DNA from: Podarcis pityusensis
Lineage: Eukaryota
Direction: 5' to 3' (one strand)
NCBI GenBank assembly: GCA_964106645.2
Contig: OZ067038.1
Length of the DNA: 64,000 nt
Below, in pieces: positions 37,041-48,671 of this stretch (within the stretch, counting starts at the first letter, position 1; each line of letters starts with the position of its first letter). The notes below the pieces were generated by a model. The model saw only the letters and a list, made by a program, of their open reading frames with translations, did no database searches and had not been told where the DNA came from. Position numbers and translations under genes: made by a program.

Positions 37041-38629
37041 TTGCTTCTAAACACTGGAAACTGTGCTGAAAAAGTTCCAAGAAGTCAGTTTGCACAGGCT
37101 TATCCAGACTGCAATACGCTCATTAGAAACTCTCTACCTAAGTGGCTCTTGAAATAGCAGCAGTGAAACACAGGCGTGTTATCATAATAAAAGTGTCTTC
37201 CTTATTAATATTTGCCCTGGTTTCTTTAAGGCTTGGCATCTTTCTCAATAATGTATGAAAGTGGGTTGAAGAGACGGCACAGAAATTCTGCTTTAGGACT
37301 TAGCTGACCCAAATACACAGTTCCCCTAAATGTTTCAGGGAAAAGCATCGCCTTCCCCCTCCCTCTTTAGCCTCCTTTACTGCTGCATTGCAGGACTGTA
37401 AGTTCATGTTATTATGCAGTATCATCCTCGTATGGCTCCTAAACATAAATTAAAATGGCTCCCAGGACCTTTCCTACTCTTGCTGTTTGGGTGCATATTT
37501 GTACCTTCATCAGACATAGGCTTGCAGAAAGAAGACCTGTGTTTAGGGGGGTGGGGAGCAAGGCAATAACTGTGCCTGTTGATCTAACTGAACTCACCAC
37601 TGTTTGTTACTGAACTGATTTTTTAAAAAATAAAAACTTATTTAATTAATTACTCTGTCTTTCCCTGCAGAGTCAGTGCTCTGTTAAAAAAAGAAATAAA
37701 TTGCATCAGCAGTATGGTTTATGAAATTTCTGCTGTAGAATCTTCAGGACTGAGATGTTACTGCATCTTACCCTTAACCCTTCATGATTCATGTTGACAA
37801 TTAATGAAATAATAATTATATATCTTTATATACTCACATATTCCAAGATGATGCCCGTGGAACTTAAAGTTGATTCACATGACCAAACTGCTGCGTTTGA
37901 GAATGGCGGTGGATCTTTGCAGAGAATTCAGTGTGTTGTGTGATTGTTTAAATATGTGCCTTGCTCACTACTGAACCACGTTTATTATATCACAGTAGCC
38001 CTAGATCCAGCATTTTGTAAATAAGGACTGTTGTGTCACATGAAATTACCAGACCATGATAAAGAGGTCTAAGAAGAACAATCTCAAAGCTAAAGGATGC
38101 CTTTTCATCTCAGCTTCACTTGCTGCAAGCAAGTTGACAAGAGACACATCAGAGGGCAAACTAAAATTCTTCTGGTTTGTTGAATCAGAGGGTGATTTTA
38201 TTCCTGACCCTGTCCTCTTTCAGTTACTTACAGAAGAACAAAGATGGCCTAAACACAGATGTTAGCATTGAATGCCTCGGCAGTGGTGATAATCACAAAT
38301 GAACAATATCACTCTTTTGATTTGAAAGGCATTTTCTATTCACAATGTGCCCTTTATTGTGGAGGGAGATTCAACTAATGTGATGTACTGTTGCTACTAC
38401 TACACTAATGCTTGCTCTGCCAGTTGGTAGATTCCTTAAGGCTTAAGCCAAAGAATATTCTACTTAAGTTATCATTATTAGGGATGTATGAGCACCTTGG
38501 TGCAGGTTCCCAAGGGGTTTGATGCTTTATGAACATACCAGTGGGCTCTCAAAACTTCTGCTCTCTGCGTTTTACATCCCGCCCCAAGGGTTCACCAAAT
38601 GTATCTGGAACAGGTGAAGTGAGAGACAC

Positions 38630-39401
38630 CAGTGGTATAGGCAGATATGCCAGCTCCTCAGGGTTGAGTCTTTCCCTTAGAGGAATGTATTGAGACTACA
38701 AATCTCAAAGGATGCTCAGCAGAGAAGCTGGTGCACCTCCTGGCACTTGCTGCCCCCCCCCCTTCCCCAGCCCCAGATAAGTCTGATGAGCTCTCATGAC
38801 ACCATAGAATCATAGAATCATAGAGTTGGAAGAGACCACAAGGGCCATCGAGTCCAACCCCCTGCCAAGCAGGAAACACCATCAGAGCACTCCTGACATA
38901 TGGTTGTCAAGCCTCTGCTTAAAGACCTCCAAAGAAGGAGACTCCACCACACTCCTTGGCAGCAAATTCCACTGTCGAACAGCTCTTACTGTCAGGAAGT
39001 TCTTTCTAATGTTTAGGTGGAATCTTCTTTCTTGTAGTTTGGATCCATTGCTCCGTGTCCGCTTCTCTGGAGCAGCAGAAAACAACCTTTCTCCCTCCTC
39101 TATGTGACATCCTTTTATATATTTGAACATGGCTATCATATCACCCCTTAACCTCCTCTTCTCCAGGCTAAACATGCCCAGCTCCCTTAGCCGTTCCTCA
39201 TAAGGCATCGTTTCCAGGCCTTTGACCATTTTGGTTGCCCTCCTCTGGACCAGGAGAAGGCAAGGCAGCAACAATGAAGGTGAGTGAACCAGCTCCTCAG
39301 TGGAGCATCCTTTCCTGCCAATGGTTGGAGTGGAACCACAAGTCTCACTGGATACCCCCCCCCCCCAAGGAATGGGAGCATCCCTGCCACCACTGCCACT
39401 G
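38630..39401. mobile_element. Old inverted-repeat MITE split by the CR1 insertion
   Basis: CAGTGG...CCACTG ends. Internal inverted arms GATGCTCAGCAGAGAAGCTGGTGCAC / GTGAACCAGCTCCTCAGTGGAGCATC lie on either side of the CR1. Confidence 0.5.
38803..39250 (-). mobile_element. Young 5'-truncated CR1 LINE (ORF2 C-terminus + 3' UTR)
   Basis: Uninterrupted frame [44 protein letters not shown]...LEVFKQRLD typical of CR1 ORF2, with an (ATTCTATG)n tail. Confidence 0.95.
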
Positions 39402-40139
39402 GTAAATTTGGTGTGTCTTTGGGGTGGCAGGGGAAGGAAGAGACAGTCACTGTGGAAATTCAAAGCATGGGATGAATGGGACCCTACTCAACCCACAGTG
39501 ACCTCACACGTGAAGGTACAGTTTTGAGTGCTCTTATTTGATTTCTTGTGACATCCCTAAATTATGCTACAACCACAAAACAACCACAAATTCATTAAAA
39601 TGTCAGGTCCTTTAGATACTGTGCACCCAAACCATTAAGGGCTTTAAAGATGAAACCAAACCCATTGCTTTAAACGTGGCTCATAAAAAAGTTGAAACCA
39701 ACTAAAAAAGTATATAATTGGCATATGTTACACTAACCAGATAAGTATTTTCCAGGAAAGCAGGGACACCAACATAAATTGGTTTAAGTGCTCCAAGTCA
39801 CAGCCAACATGTGAGCTTCTAGAAGTAATATTGAATTGAGAAGCACTCCCAAGCTATGAACCCAGCTCTTAAGGTGTTACCCTTCTACCCTCTAGCAATC
39901 AAAATTTGTCACATGGAATGGATAAGTGAAAAGCTGAAAAAATAAGAACCTGTTCTACACTATGAGAAGATTCACTATGAGAAGTTCCAATACACACAAG
40001 TAACACAGACAAAGTAAGTAGTCTTCTTTTTAGCTGTTTCTCACTGAGTACTTAAAGGAGCATCCCTTAGATATTGCATAGAGTGCCTTCCATTTAATGA
40101 ACTGGAGCTCAGGAGTCTACTTTAGAAGAAAGGAATGCT

Positions 40140-40645
40140 GTGCTGCAAAATGAAAAAGCAACAGGGAGGAACTCAGTATTTATAATGCTAATGATGCAGG
40201 AAGTCTGGATGAACTACATTCGGTACAGGATTCTTAGGAAAAGAAATGAATTCAGGAGTTGCTGCAACCACAGATAACCGAGCGAGCAACGTGCTCCAAA
40301 AAAGGTTGAGAGCAGACTGCGCCTTTTTAAGCCTCTGTCTCCAGACTACCTCTTTCAGGTTCTGACCCCTGTTGTGAAGAGCATCAGATTCTTAAGGGCC
40401 AATCCTCTGGCCTGAAAATGGGCCTTCTTCTCTTCTATATCCTCCTGCATGGGACATTCCCTGTGCCACTAGCGGTGGTACAGGAGGTTCTTCTGGGGGA
40501 TTCTGTCCATCAGCCTCAAGTGCTATGGTTTCTGCATCACCAGCAGCATGCTCAGAGCCCTGGACCTAAACTGGCTTCTGAGCTGGAGACTCTGTAGCCT
40601 TCAACTCAAGAATCTTGATTGCTGCTGGACTCTGAGGTCATGACA
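40140..40645 (-). mobile_element. Old solo-LTR-like relic (left boundary approximate)
   Basis: Minus strand starts TGTCATGACCTCAGAGTCCAGCA, continues with a purine-rich U3-like body and has a TATA-like CTTAAAAAGG at ~40322-40331. Confidence 0.45.
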
Positions 40646-40820
40646 ACACCATTTCTATATTTATGTTAGTTTAACCTTGTACAAGATCATGTCAAAAGCA
40701 GAAACCTCTCCCTCAGTGTGGCACATGAAACTGCATGAATTTCAGAGCCAGAAAGAGGGAAGAGAGGAAGAGTTTGTAATACTACAGATCCTATTTTTCA
40801 TATGGACGTTCCCCATGTGA

Positions 40821-40871
40821 AACTCAGATTGTCCAAGTTTCCCATTTAGAACTCAGATTGTCCAAGTTTCC
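40821..40871. repeat. 22-bp direct repeat, period 29
   Basis: AACTCAGATTGTCCAAGTTTCC at 40821-40842 and 40850-40871. Confidence 0.9.
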
Positions 40872-43109
40872 ACATTACATGGGAAACCTCAAGTACAGCA
40901 GACTGCAGAAGTTATGACAAGGGTGGCAATGGTGGGGGGTGGGGTGGGAGGAGCTGTGTGACTTTGGAGGCAGGGCTAAATGCAAGGTGACACAGCCCCT
41001 GTCACCATGATTACCCTCTTCATGCAAGTATGGGAGCACTAAACTATCACAACAATAAAAGCAGGCAAGCATATAGTCAGCTGTGTTATTTCAGGGTCAA
41101 CTGCATCTGGAAGCAGTTGTCCACAGCTGGTTCCTAGACTCCTCCCAGCCGTGTACCTGCCAGCATGCTAACATGTTGCTCCATCGGGTCCAGGTTGCTG
41201 GCAAGCCTGCCTGATCTTCTGCCCAACAGCTGTGAAATATTCTGAGAACTTTGTCCCTCTTACATATGTCACAGTCAGAGAACATGGAGGAGAGCTAATT
41301 GCTGAACAGGGGTGGCAGTTCTGGTCCTAGAATTATTTGCCTAGAAATCCCTGAACTTTCAAACAATACAGAAATAATAGTTTGTCAGAGTGTTACCTCA
41401 AAATAGCTTTCACACACTCAGGAAGGTGTGGATCAAAAATAGGAAATGGCAAAAGAAAAAGAGTATGGAAGCTTTTACTGGAGATCTGGAGTGATGCACA
41501 GACAAGAGGTGAGTTGAACAGACAAGGAGAGACATTTCATAGGTTAAATTGTGTTGCAAAGAAAAATTTACCCTATGCCTGTAATTATATGTAGATGACT
41601 CCACAAAGTTATTCAGGTGTCAAGATCTGGTTAATTGGGGGCAAAAGTAAAATGGAGTGCAAACTTGAGAATATACAATATTTGATGGCAGAAAAACCGA
41701 CTACTGATAACCAGCTTTCCCTGGTTTCTAATGAGCATTTGCATATGAATATTTATTCTAGATAATGTATGTTGGAGCTAATTTTGTGGAATTGGTGCAT
41801 ACTATAGATGTTTTTGAAAAGAGGAATCTAATTTTATAGAAATACTACTTGAATTTTACATCAAGAGGATGCTAATGAAAATAAGCACATGGATGAATTT
41901 ATCCCATGACACCTACCAGGCGGTCTCTTCAATACAGATGACTGGCAAAAGTTTTTAAAACTGGCACAACACAATGAAGGCTTTGCTGCAAGTCCTTTCA
42001 CTTCCTCCCCTTTCTGAAACCCAGTTTTGTGCCAAAAAATTATCACACATTTTTTTTTTTTTTACCATTATCCACCAATTAATGAGAAAATAAATTGTAT
42101 CAGAAAATTATCAAAAGGGAGGGGGGAATTCAGTGAAATTCTCATGGATAAGTTGCAGAGGTTTTGCTGCCCTTGCCTTCTTTTGAGGTTGGTGAGGGTG
42201 CATGTGAGCATCATTTCTATTATTCCACAGATCTTCTCATCGGTGATCTGCACTATGCAGCCTGGCAGGTGTCTGCCCTTAATAAAAGCCCAGAGATAAA
42301 TCCTTCATGAGATAAATCCTTCCATGGGTCTTTTTCAAGAGAAGGAAGTGCAGGCAGCCAGACACTACAAATTTGGTCACCTCGCAATGATACAGTAAAA
42401 GCTTAACATCCACCAACATTCTAAAGAAATTCTCAAGTGCCCCGATATTTAAGAAGAAAAATGGAAGCCTGTTTCACAAGGGGAAACTTTTGAGAAATTG
42501 GGGGGCAGATTTCAGCAGAGCTTTCTTGAACCCATCATATCATGGCTTAATAAGACAAGGTATGACCAAGAATTTTGCCTGTACACACAGCCAACTTCTC
42601 CCTTCAAAGTGGAAGCCATCAAACCAGGAAGCTTCCCTGGTTGCTTCTCATTTCATCAGAACTGGTGCACTAAGGTTTGGAATAAACCAGAATATTAAAC
42701 CACAGTCCTAACTTGTTCAGCAGCTGACAAACATAGTGCTGGCTGACATTAATAAGCCACAGCTAATCCCATGCCACTTGCCTGCGTCCCTTTCTTCTCC
42801 TGTGGCACAGCCACAAGGAGATAAGAAGCTTTCACTTCTGGTTTTTTATTATTCTTTTCCCCCCTTTATTAACTGCAGCTTGTCATTTCTTCTGAACCTA
42901 ACAAAGTGAAATAATCTTGGCATATTTCCAGCATTCTATAGTTAACTTCAAACAAGATGGCTTGTTTCAACAAAGCATTCCTAAAATGAACTTCAGTTAA
43001 TGTTAAACTGCAGTTAATTTTTTTTTAAAAAAAGGGGTGGGGGACAAATGTTTCCAATCACATGGTCATGCTGGATGACAGGAGCTCAAGGCCCACTGCT
43101 GCTCATTCT

Positions 43110-43210
43110 AACATCCCCCAGCCATTCCCATCAGCCATCACCAGCATGGAGAATGTTTAAGGATTATGGAAGTTGTAGTCTAAAACATCTGGAAAGTTGG
43201 GGTAGTCTGC
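43110..43210. mobile_element. Partial palindromic hAT-like MITE (same family)
   Basis: TTCCCATCAGCC...CCAGCATGG...GGAAGTTGTAGTCTAAAACATCTGGA. Confidence 0.6.
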
Positions 43211-45438
43211 AATAAACTGTGATATATCATAATATTTGAAATGGCTGGTAGTTTCTCAGTTCGTATCAAACTGTAAACTATGGTTAACTTAAGGCTTACT
43301 GGTTTGATTGCTTATAGCGCAAATGTAGAAGTGAAGAGGCTGCATCTGCTAACAAAAGGGTTACTCAGGTCTTGGCATAGTAAGCCTATATACTCACTTC
43401 TCAACATCTCAGTTTTTATGAGAGTGATTGTTGTCTGTCTCTGCATTGTATTCTCATCACATCACCAGTCTCCATCTGCTCAAGAGGAATGAATTAATTT
43501 TCAGGTAAGTAAACACACTAAGTTAAGGACCTCAGTGCAACTCACTGATGTTGAGTGGTGAGCTAGTAATGTTTTTACACTGCTGCGTAATTTTTAGCAG
43601 CCATGATTGGGCAAAGAACTCCCATTATACATGTTCTCCAAGGGCATTTTTAATTTAGTCATTTTTAATCTCAGCTTATCGGTTCACAGAAAATGTGGTG
43701 TTACAAAGCTTTCCCCACCCACTTATTACAGAGATATCCACTTGATCATGAGAAAACAGAGGGCAACTTTTGAGAATAATGATACTCCCCATTGCTATCT
43801 GTAGCCTACAGTGCTTTGGCTGATATGTCAAGAAGCCACAGAACTCTCTACATTCTTCCTGCATCACAATGGCACAGCCTGAGAGGGAGGTGCCCAGAAG
43901 CAAAGTAGTGTTTACCATAATGAATCAAACTGGCTTTCAGCAGTTGAAATCAGCCACTTGATGTTACTGTAATAAAGTTTCATTTTCTAAGGTTAACAGT
44001 CTCCAGATGCACAAATATTCCCTCTGGATATTACTTTAAAACACCACCCAAAGATCAAATTCTGCTTAAGAAGCGGGATATTGTGTTTTAGAAAATGCAT
44101 ACAGCGGGTGGAGCAAAATCACCAGCGGGTGGATAAATTTTTTCTTAAAGCTTCCGTACCAGTCCATCCAAGGGTTTTATATTTTACACTAGGGACAGAA
44201 TGTGAGCTGAAAAGCATGGGCCCGGTGCAGACATGATGAAAGCTTGTCTAAAGAAACATGCTGTCATTAACAGAACAAATTATGTCTGCTTACAATGAAG
44301 AGTGGTTTAGGTCCATTTTCTTTTTTGCAGGCACCTTTTTAATCCATGGAAGCATACAATAAGAAATAAATTGAAGCAAGATGGGAGGAGGGGAAGCAGT
44401 AATGTTCACCAGCCACCAGCGGGTTGTTTTGACAATTCAAATAGTCAAAGACATGTGGCTCTTAAGAGTGTGCTGTGGATATGTATCATAATCAACTTCA
44501 TTTGCATCTGTCCAGAGGCTGAATGGCCACCTATCAGGAATGCTGCAGCGGCAGATTTCCTGCATCAGCATGGAATTGAACTAGATCATTCTTTTTCATT
44601 TCCCTTCCAATTTTGTGATTATGTGTCCTTTTGTCCGATCCTGCATCAAGTCAATTGTTCCATATGTAGCCCTATGCAATCACAACCCCACGTTAACAAA
44701 ATTTGAACTTTTTCTAAAGGTTAGATACTCTGAATGCATATGCCCCTACATAAGGAGATAAGAGTATAATCTACCCTCCATACAGACAGCTCACTGAAAA
44801 TAAAACTAGCTACTTAAACCCCTTGAACAGGTATTAAAAGGACTTTCTCTGCTTCCATGTCCCGGCATTGTTCCATTCTCCAACTATATCATCACATGCT
44901 GCAAAAGTTATTTAGCATAGGCGATTTATTTTCTACTACTGCAAGAAAAAACTGGGTTTTAAATCTGGTGTGTAAAATATGTAGCATTTTGCAGAGGATT
45001 ACAGACAGTATGCAATTAGACTGCAACTGCATAAAACAGGAGATTCAGAGTTCTTAAACTTTTCAGATTACCACAAGATAAAAAGTAAAACTGGCAGAAA
45101 TGCTAATATGAGTAGTCTAAAATTAAACACAACTTTTACATGTCTTTGTGCATTCTTATTCGATTTCTGAAAGTTATAAGATATTAATGGCAGAAATCTC
45201 TCATGATGTATGTATAACCAAATGACTAACTGGCAATGCAGCATGGTCTATGCTGTCCTCAAAGAATGACTCCTGTGCACACATACACTTAAGTCTTGGT
45301 TTCTTATTTTAAGTAGTCTCTCTATTAAGCACTTAACATGCACAAAGCATTTTTTCTTTCTTTCAAAAACACCACACTACAACCTTTGGGCTAAGTGAAT
45401 AGGACTCCTTCCTACTTCCAGAAAGGTTCAGGTTCCAT

Positions 45439-45626
45439 CAGGGGTGGCAACCTGAGTAAAATATTTTTTTGGGGGAGGTAAGCTCTGTCCTACATAATCG
45501 ATCACAAGACACGGCACATGCACACCATTTGAATGGCAATACCCATCAACTTTGGGGGCCCCACTCCCCTCAAATATTTTATGGGGGAGGCGAAGGGACC
45601 TCTGCCACTAGGAGTTGGTTCCTATA
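45439..45626 (+). mobile_element. hAT-type MITE
   Basis: CAGGGGTGGCAAC...GTTGGTTCCTATA ends and an 8-bp TSD GGTTCCAT / GGTTCAAT (7/8). A homologous fragment lies at 4604-4705. Confidence 0.75.
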
Positions 45627-46915
45627 GGTTCAATACCCCCTTTGGCCAAACATGCTAGCTAGCTACCACCCGTTGGAAACTATCCCAGCAGATTTAAACC
45701 ATACATTTCCAAGATGTTCCTCACATTCCTGAGGGGTTGGAGCCTAATTTTGTAATGAAGTCTGGAGTGAAAATGGGAGAGAGGTTGGTATTACAACCCT
45801 GTCTATTATGGTGGCATTTCCAGTACTTGACTTTCCACTTATCTTCCTCCACTTCAGTGGTTCTGAAACACTTTAATTTCCAGAAAATTGTAGTGCCAGG
45901 GAGCCAGAGATGGCACTGCAGAAACCTGCATGATGTGCCACCCCCATTGTTCTTGAATCCCTGAACAGGTGAGAAAAGCAGTCTCAGTTATGCTCATCAT
46001 CCCCTAGGTTGGGAAAAATGAGCTACCACTACCATGAAGTAGCGTACGGTAGGGAATCTCAGGAACATACCCTTCACAAAGGAATGCTGCTTTTGGGCTG
46101 AAAAGTGTTCCCTGGCCCTGAAGTAGAGAGACTAGACTATATGGTATCACTCTCTTTTAAGTGAAGCTTTGTTTGTCTTCAACTCTGTTTCCCACTCTTT
46201 TGGGGTCAGAGGCTCTGCACATGCTACAACTGCATGTCAAACTGTTCCCATCACTGCAGCTCCATGCTAGGAAAGTCTTCAAGTTGTTGATTTCTATCCG
46301 TCATTAATCTGTTGAAGTGCAGAAGCTCTCATGGGTTAAAAAAGGTGGAAACCGAAGTATGTTTTCATGAAAGGCCATGTCAAAAGGGACAGATTGTGGG
46401 ATGAAGTACTGGACATCAGGTTTAAACATCAAGGATTTAATTTAAAAGAGAAAGAAATGGACAATTACTTCCCATCATTTTGCTTTTTCCGTGCGGTCAT
46501 GGCTGGGCGGTGAGGGACACTGGGAGGTTAATGAAGGACAGAAGAGATTTAGGAAGGAAATTCTGGAACAGCTGAGAGAGTAGGAGGGCTGGGAGAAAAT
46601 TCATCAAAGAAAAAAGGATAAGAACATTACAAAAGGGGATTTATTTCAGAGTCGTTTGGAAGGAAATTTCAGAGGGAATAAAAAGGGCATTTAAAAATAG
46701 CTTTCACTCCCAATATTAGAGAGTTTGGTAAATTCATCCTATGTCCCATGGCACCGGCTTGCCTAGCATTAACCTACCATTACCCTCATGCAATATTAAT
46801 TTGTTATTATTCCCTGGTAAGCAAAATACTAGCCCAGTCATTTGTCTGATATTCATGGTATATTTTAGTAATGCTTCAATCCAACCCACCTGAAACCTTT
46901 TCTATGAAAACAGTA

Positions 46916-47172
46916 CAGTGGTACCTCTGGTTATGTACTTAATTCGTTCCAGAGGTCCGTTCTTAACCTGAAACTGTTCTTAACCTGAAGCACCACTTAG
47001 CTAATGGGGCCTCCCGCTGCTGCTGCGCCGCCACCGTGCAATTTCTGTTCTCATCCTGAAGCAAAGTTCTTAACCCAAGGTACTATTTCTGGGTTAGCGG
47101 AGTCTGTAACCTGAAGCGTCTGTAACCTGAAGCGTCTGTAACCTGAAGCGTATGTAACCTGAGTTACCACTG
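46916..47172. mobile_element. Tc1/mariner-superfamily (Tigger/pogo-like) MITE
   Basis: TA|CAGTGGTACCTC...GAGTTACCACTG|TA terminal inverted repeats with a TA TSD, and internal tandem units of TCTGTAACCTGAAGCG near the right end. Confidence 0.9.
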
Positions 47173-48522
47173 TACACTATAACTTCCATTAGCCATACCT
47201 ATCAAAGAACTTAGTAAATCAGTTTCACCTAAGACTGTCACAGCTTTGAGGTGGCATTCAATCACACGTCAGCAATTTCAGGTTGAGAAATTATAGCTGA
47301 TTGTGAGGTCTTGTTTTGTATGTATTTATTTAATTGCATTTAGAAATTGCTTCCAATAAAATACCTTGAAGCAATTTCACAATCGAAATGTCGGCAACAA
47401 AAACAATTGCACAATTTTGTATATAAAAAGCAACAAACCCACTTCCCCAAGAGATCAGACTTCTTGCGATAAAGAAAGTGACAGGAAAATGCACTGGGAA
47501 GTATGCAGTAACATGTAACCTCCCTGAAAACAAATTAGAATTAATGCGCAATAAACAGGTTTGTGTGTAAGTGACCTGAATATTTCTTGGTGGTGATGTA
47601 CAGCTAAGCACTATACAGGGCATGAAGGTGAAATGGATGCTCTGTGTCCAGGCCATAGAAGAATCTGCATGTACAGAACTATATAGTTACAGAATGCAGT
47701 TGGAGGACGTTCCCACACGGCAACAACTCTGAGCCTAGGAAGGGTAAAGCACCAGTAGAAAATCACCCTAACCTTTGCTCTCTGATCTGTTAATGTGTAG
47801 GGAGTTTATGTGTGAAAGAGCATTCTGTCATGAGGTCTTCCACCTGGCCTTCAAAGTGATATGGTCCCAATCGCTCTTCTAAATATGTAGGCCAGCACTA
47901 GTACTTCTTTTTAAAAGAGAATAAAGTTATGGGACAGGGCTTATTAAAGAGTGGAGGCAGAAAGGAGACCTTCACAGAAACAGAAAACATTAGGCGATGT
48001 CTCCTGAACACTAAATCTACAAATCTAGAATATGTTTTGCAGAAGAAATTAAAGGGAAGCATGCAAAACTAATACAGGGTGGTGCAATCCAGACAGAGGG
48101 AGCAATATGGAAGACATGGAGATTTTGGCAGGTAAACTTTTGTTGAGCAGAGGAAGCAAGAACTAAAACCTCATGGGTTGAAACAATATACTCTTTTGAG
48201 CACAATGATGGAGAGTGCAAGGGGAAATTATACCAAAAGGAAGATGAAGTCAATAGGGAAGAAAGGGGGAGGGGAGAGGAAAAAGAAGCATAATGTGATC
48301 ATAGTGATGGGAAGGGAAGGAAGAGCAAAAGCTACCCTCTTGCCCTGCACAGGTTGTAAAATGGGGAGAGAGGATTATTTAAGGCACACTTATTTAGACT
48401 AGGAAAGAGATACCAGTATTAAGCCAGTCACTGTCATAACAATTTCCCCCTCGCCCCCTAACAACTTTCATATATGGCAGAGGATCACTCCAGCACTGTG
48501 TCCTATTAATAACTCAGACTCA

Positions 48523-48671
48523 GGCTGTGTCTCAGTGATGGAACTTCCCAGGCAAGACTGGAAAGGTTCCCTTTCTGAAATTCTAGAGAGTTGTTGCCAG
48601 TCAGTGTAGGCAATACTAAGCTTGATGGACCAATGGTGTGAGTCAGTATACAATAGTTTCCTGTATTCCTA
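48523..48671 (+). mobile_element. Squam3-like SINE fragment (CR1-derived tail)
   Basis: GCCAGTCAGTGTAGGCAATACTAAGCTTGATGGACCAATGGT...TTCCTGTATTCCTA tail and a degenerate tRNA-like head GGCTGTGTCTCAGTG. Confidence 0.7.

Noticed and set aside
38783-38800. CTGATGA as a hammerhead or C/D box
   Set aside because: No GAAA box, stems or D box at suitable spacing.
38882-39463. 193-aa ORF as a host gene
   Set aside because: The C-terminal ~120 aa are CR1 ORF2, and the N-terminal part is chance read-in from flanking DNA.
47103-47160. Short tandem units as a CRISPR-like array
   Set aside because: They are head-to-tail subterminal repeats of a Tigger-like MITE without spacers, in eukaryotic DNA.
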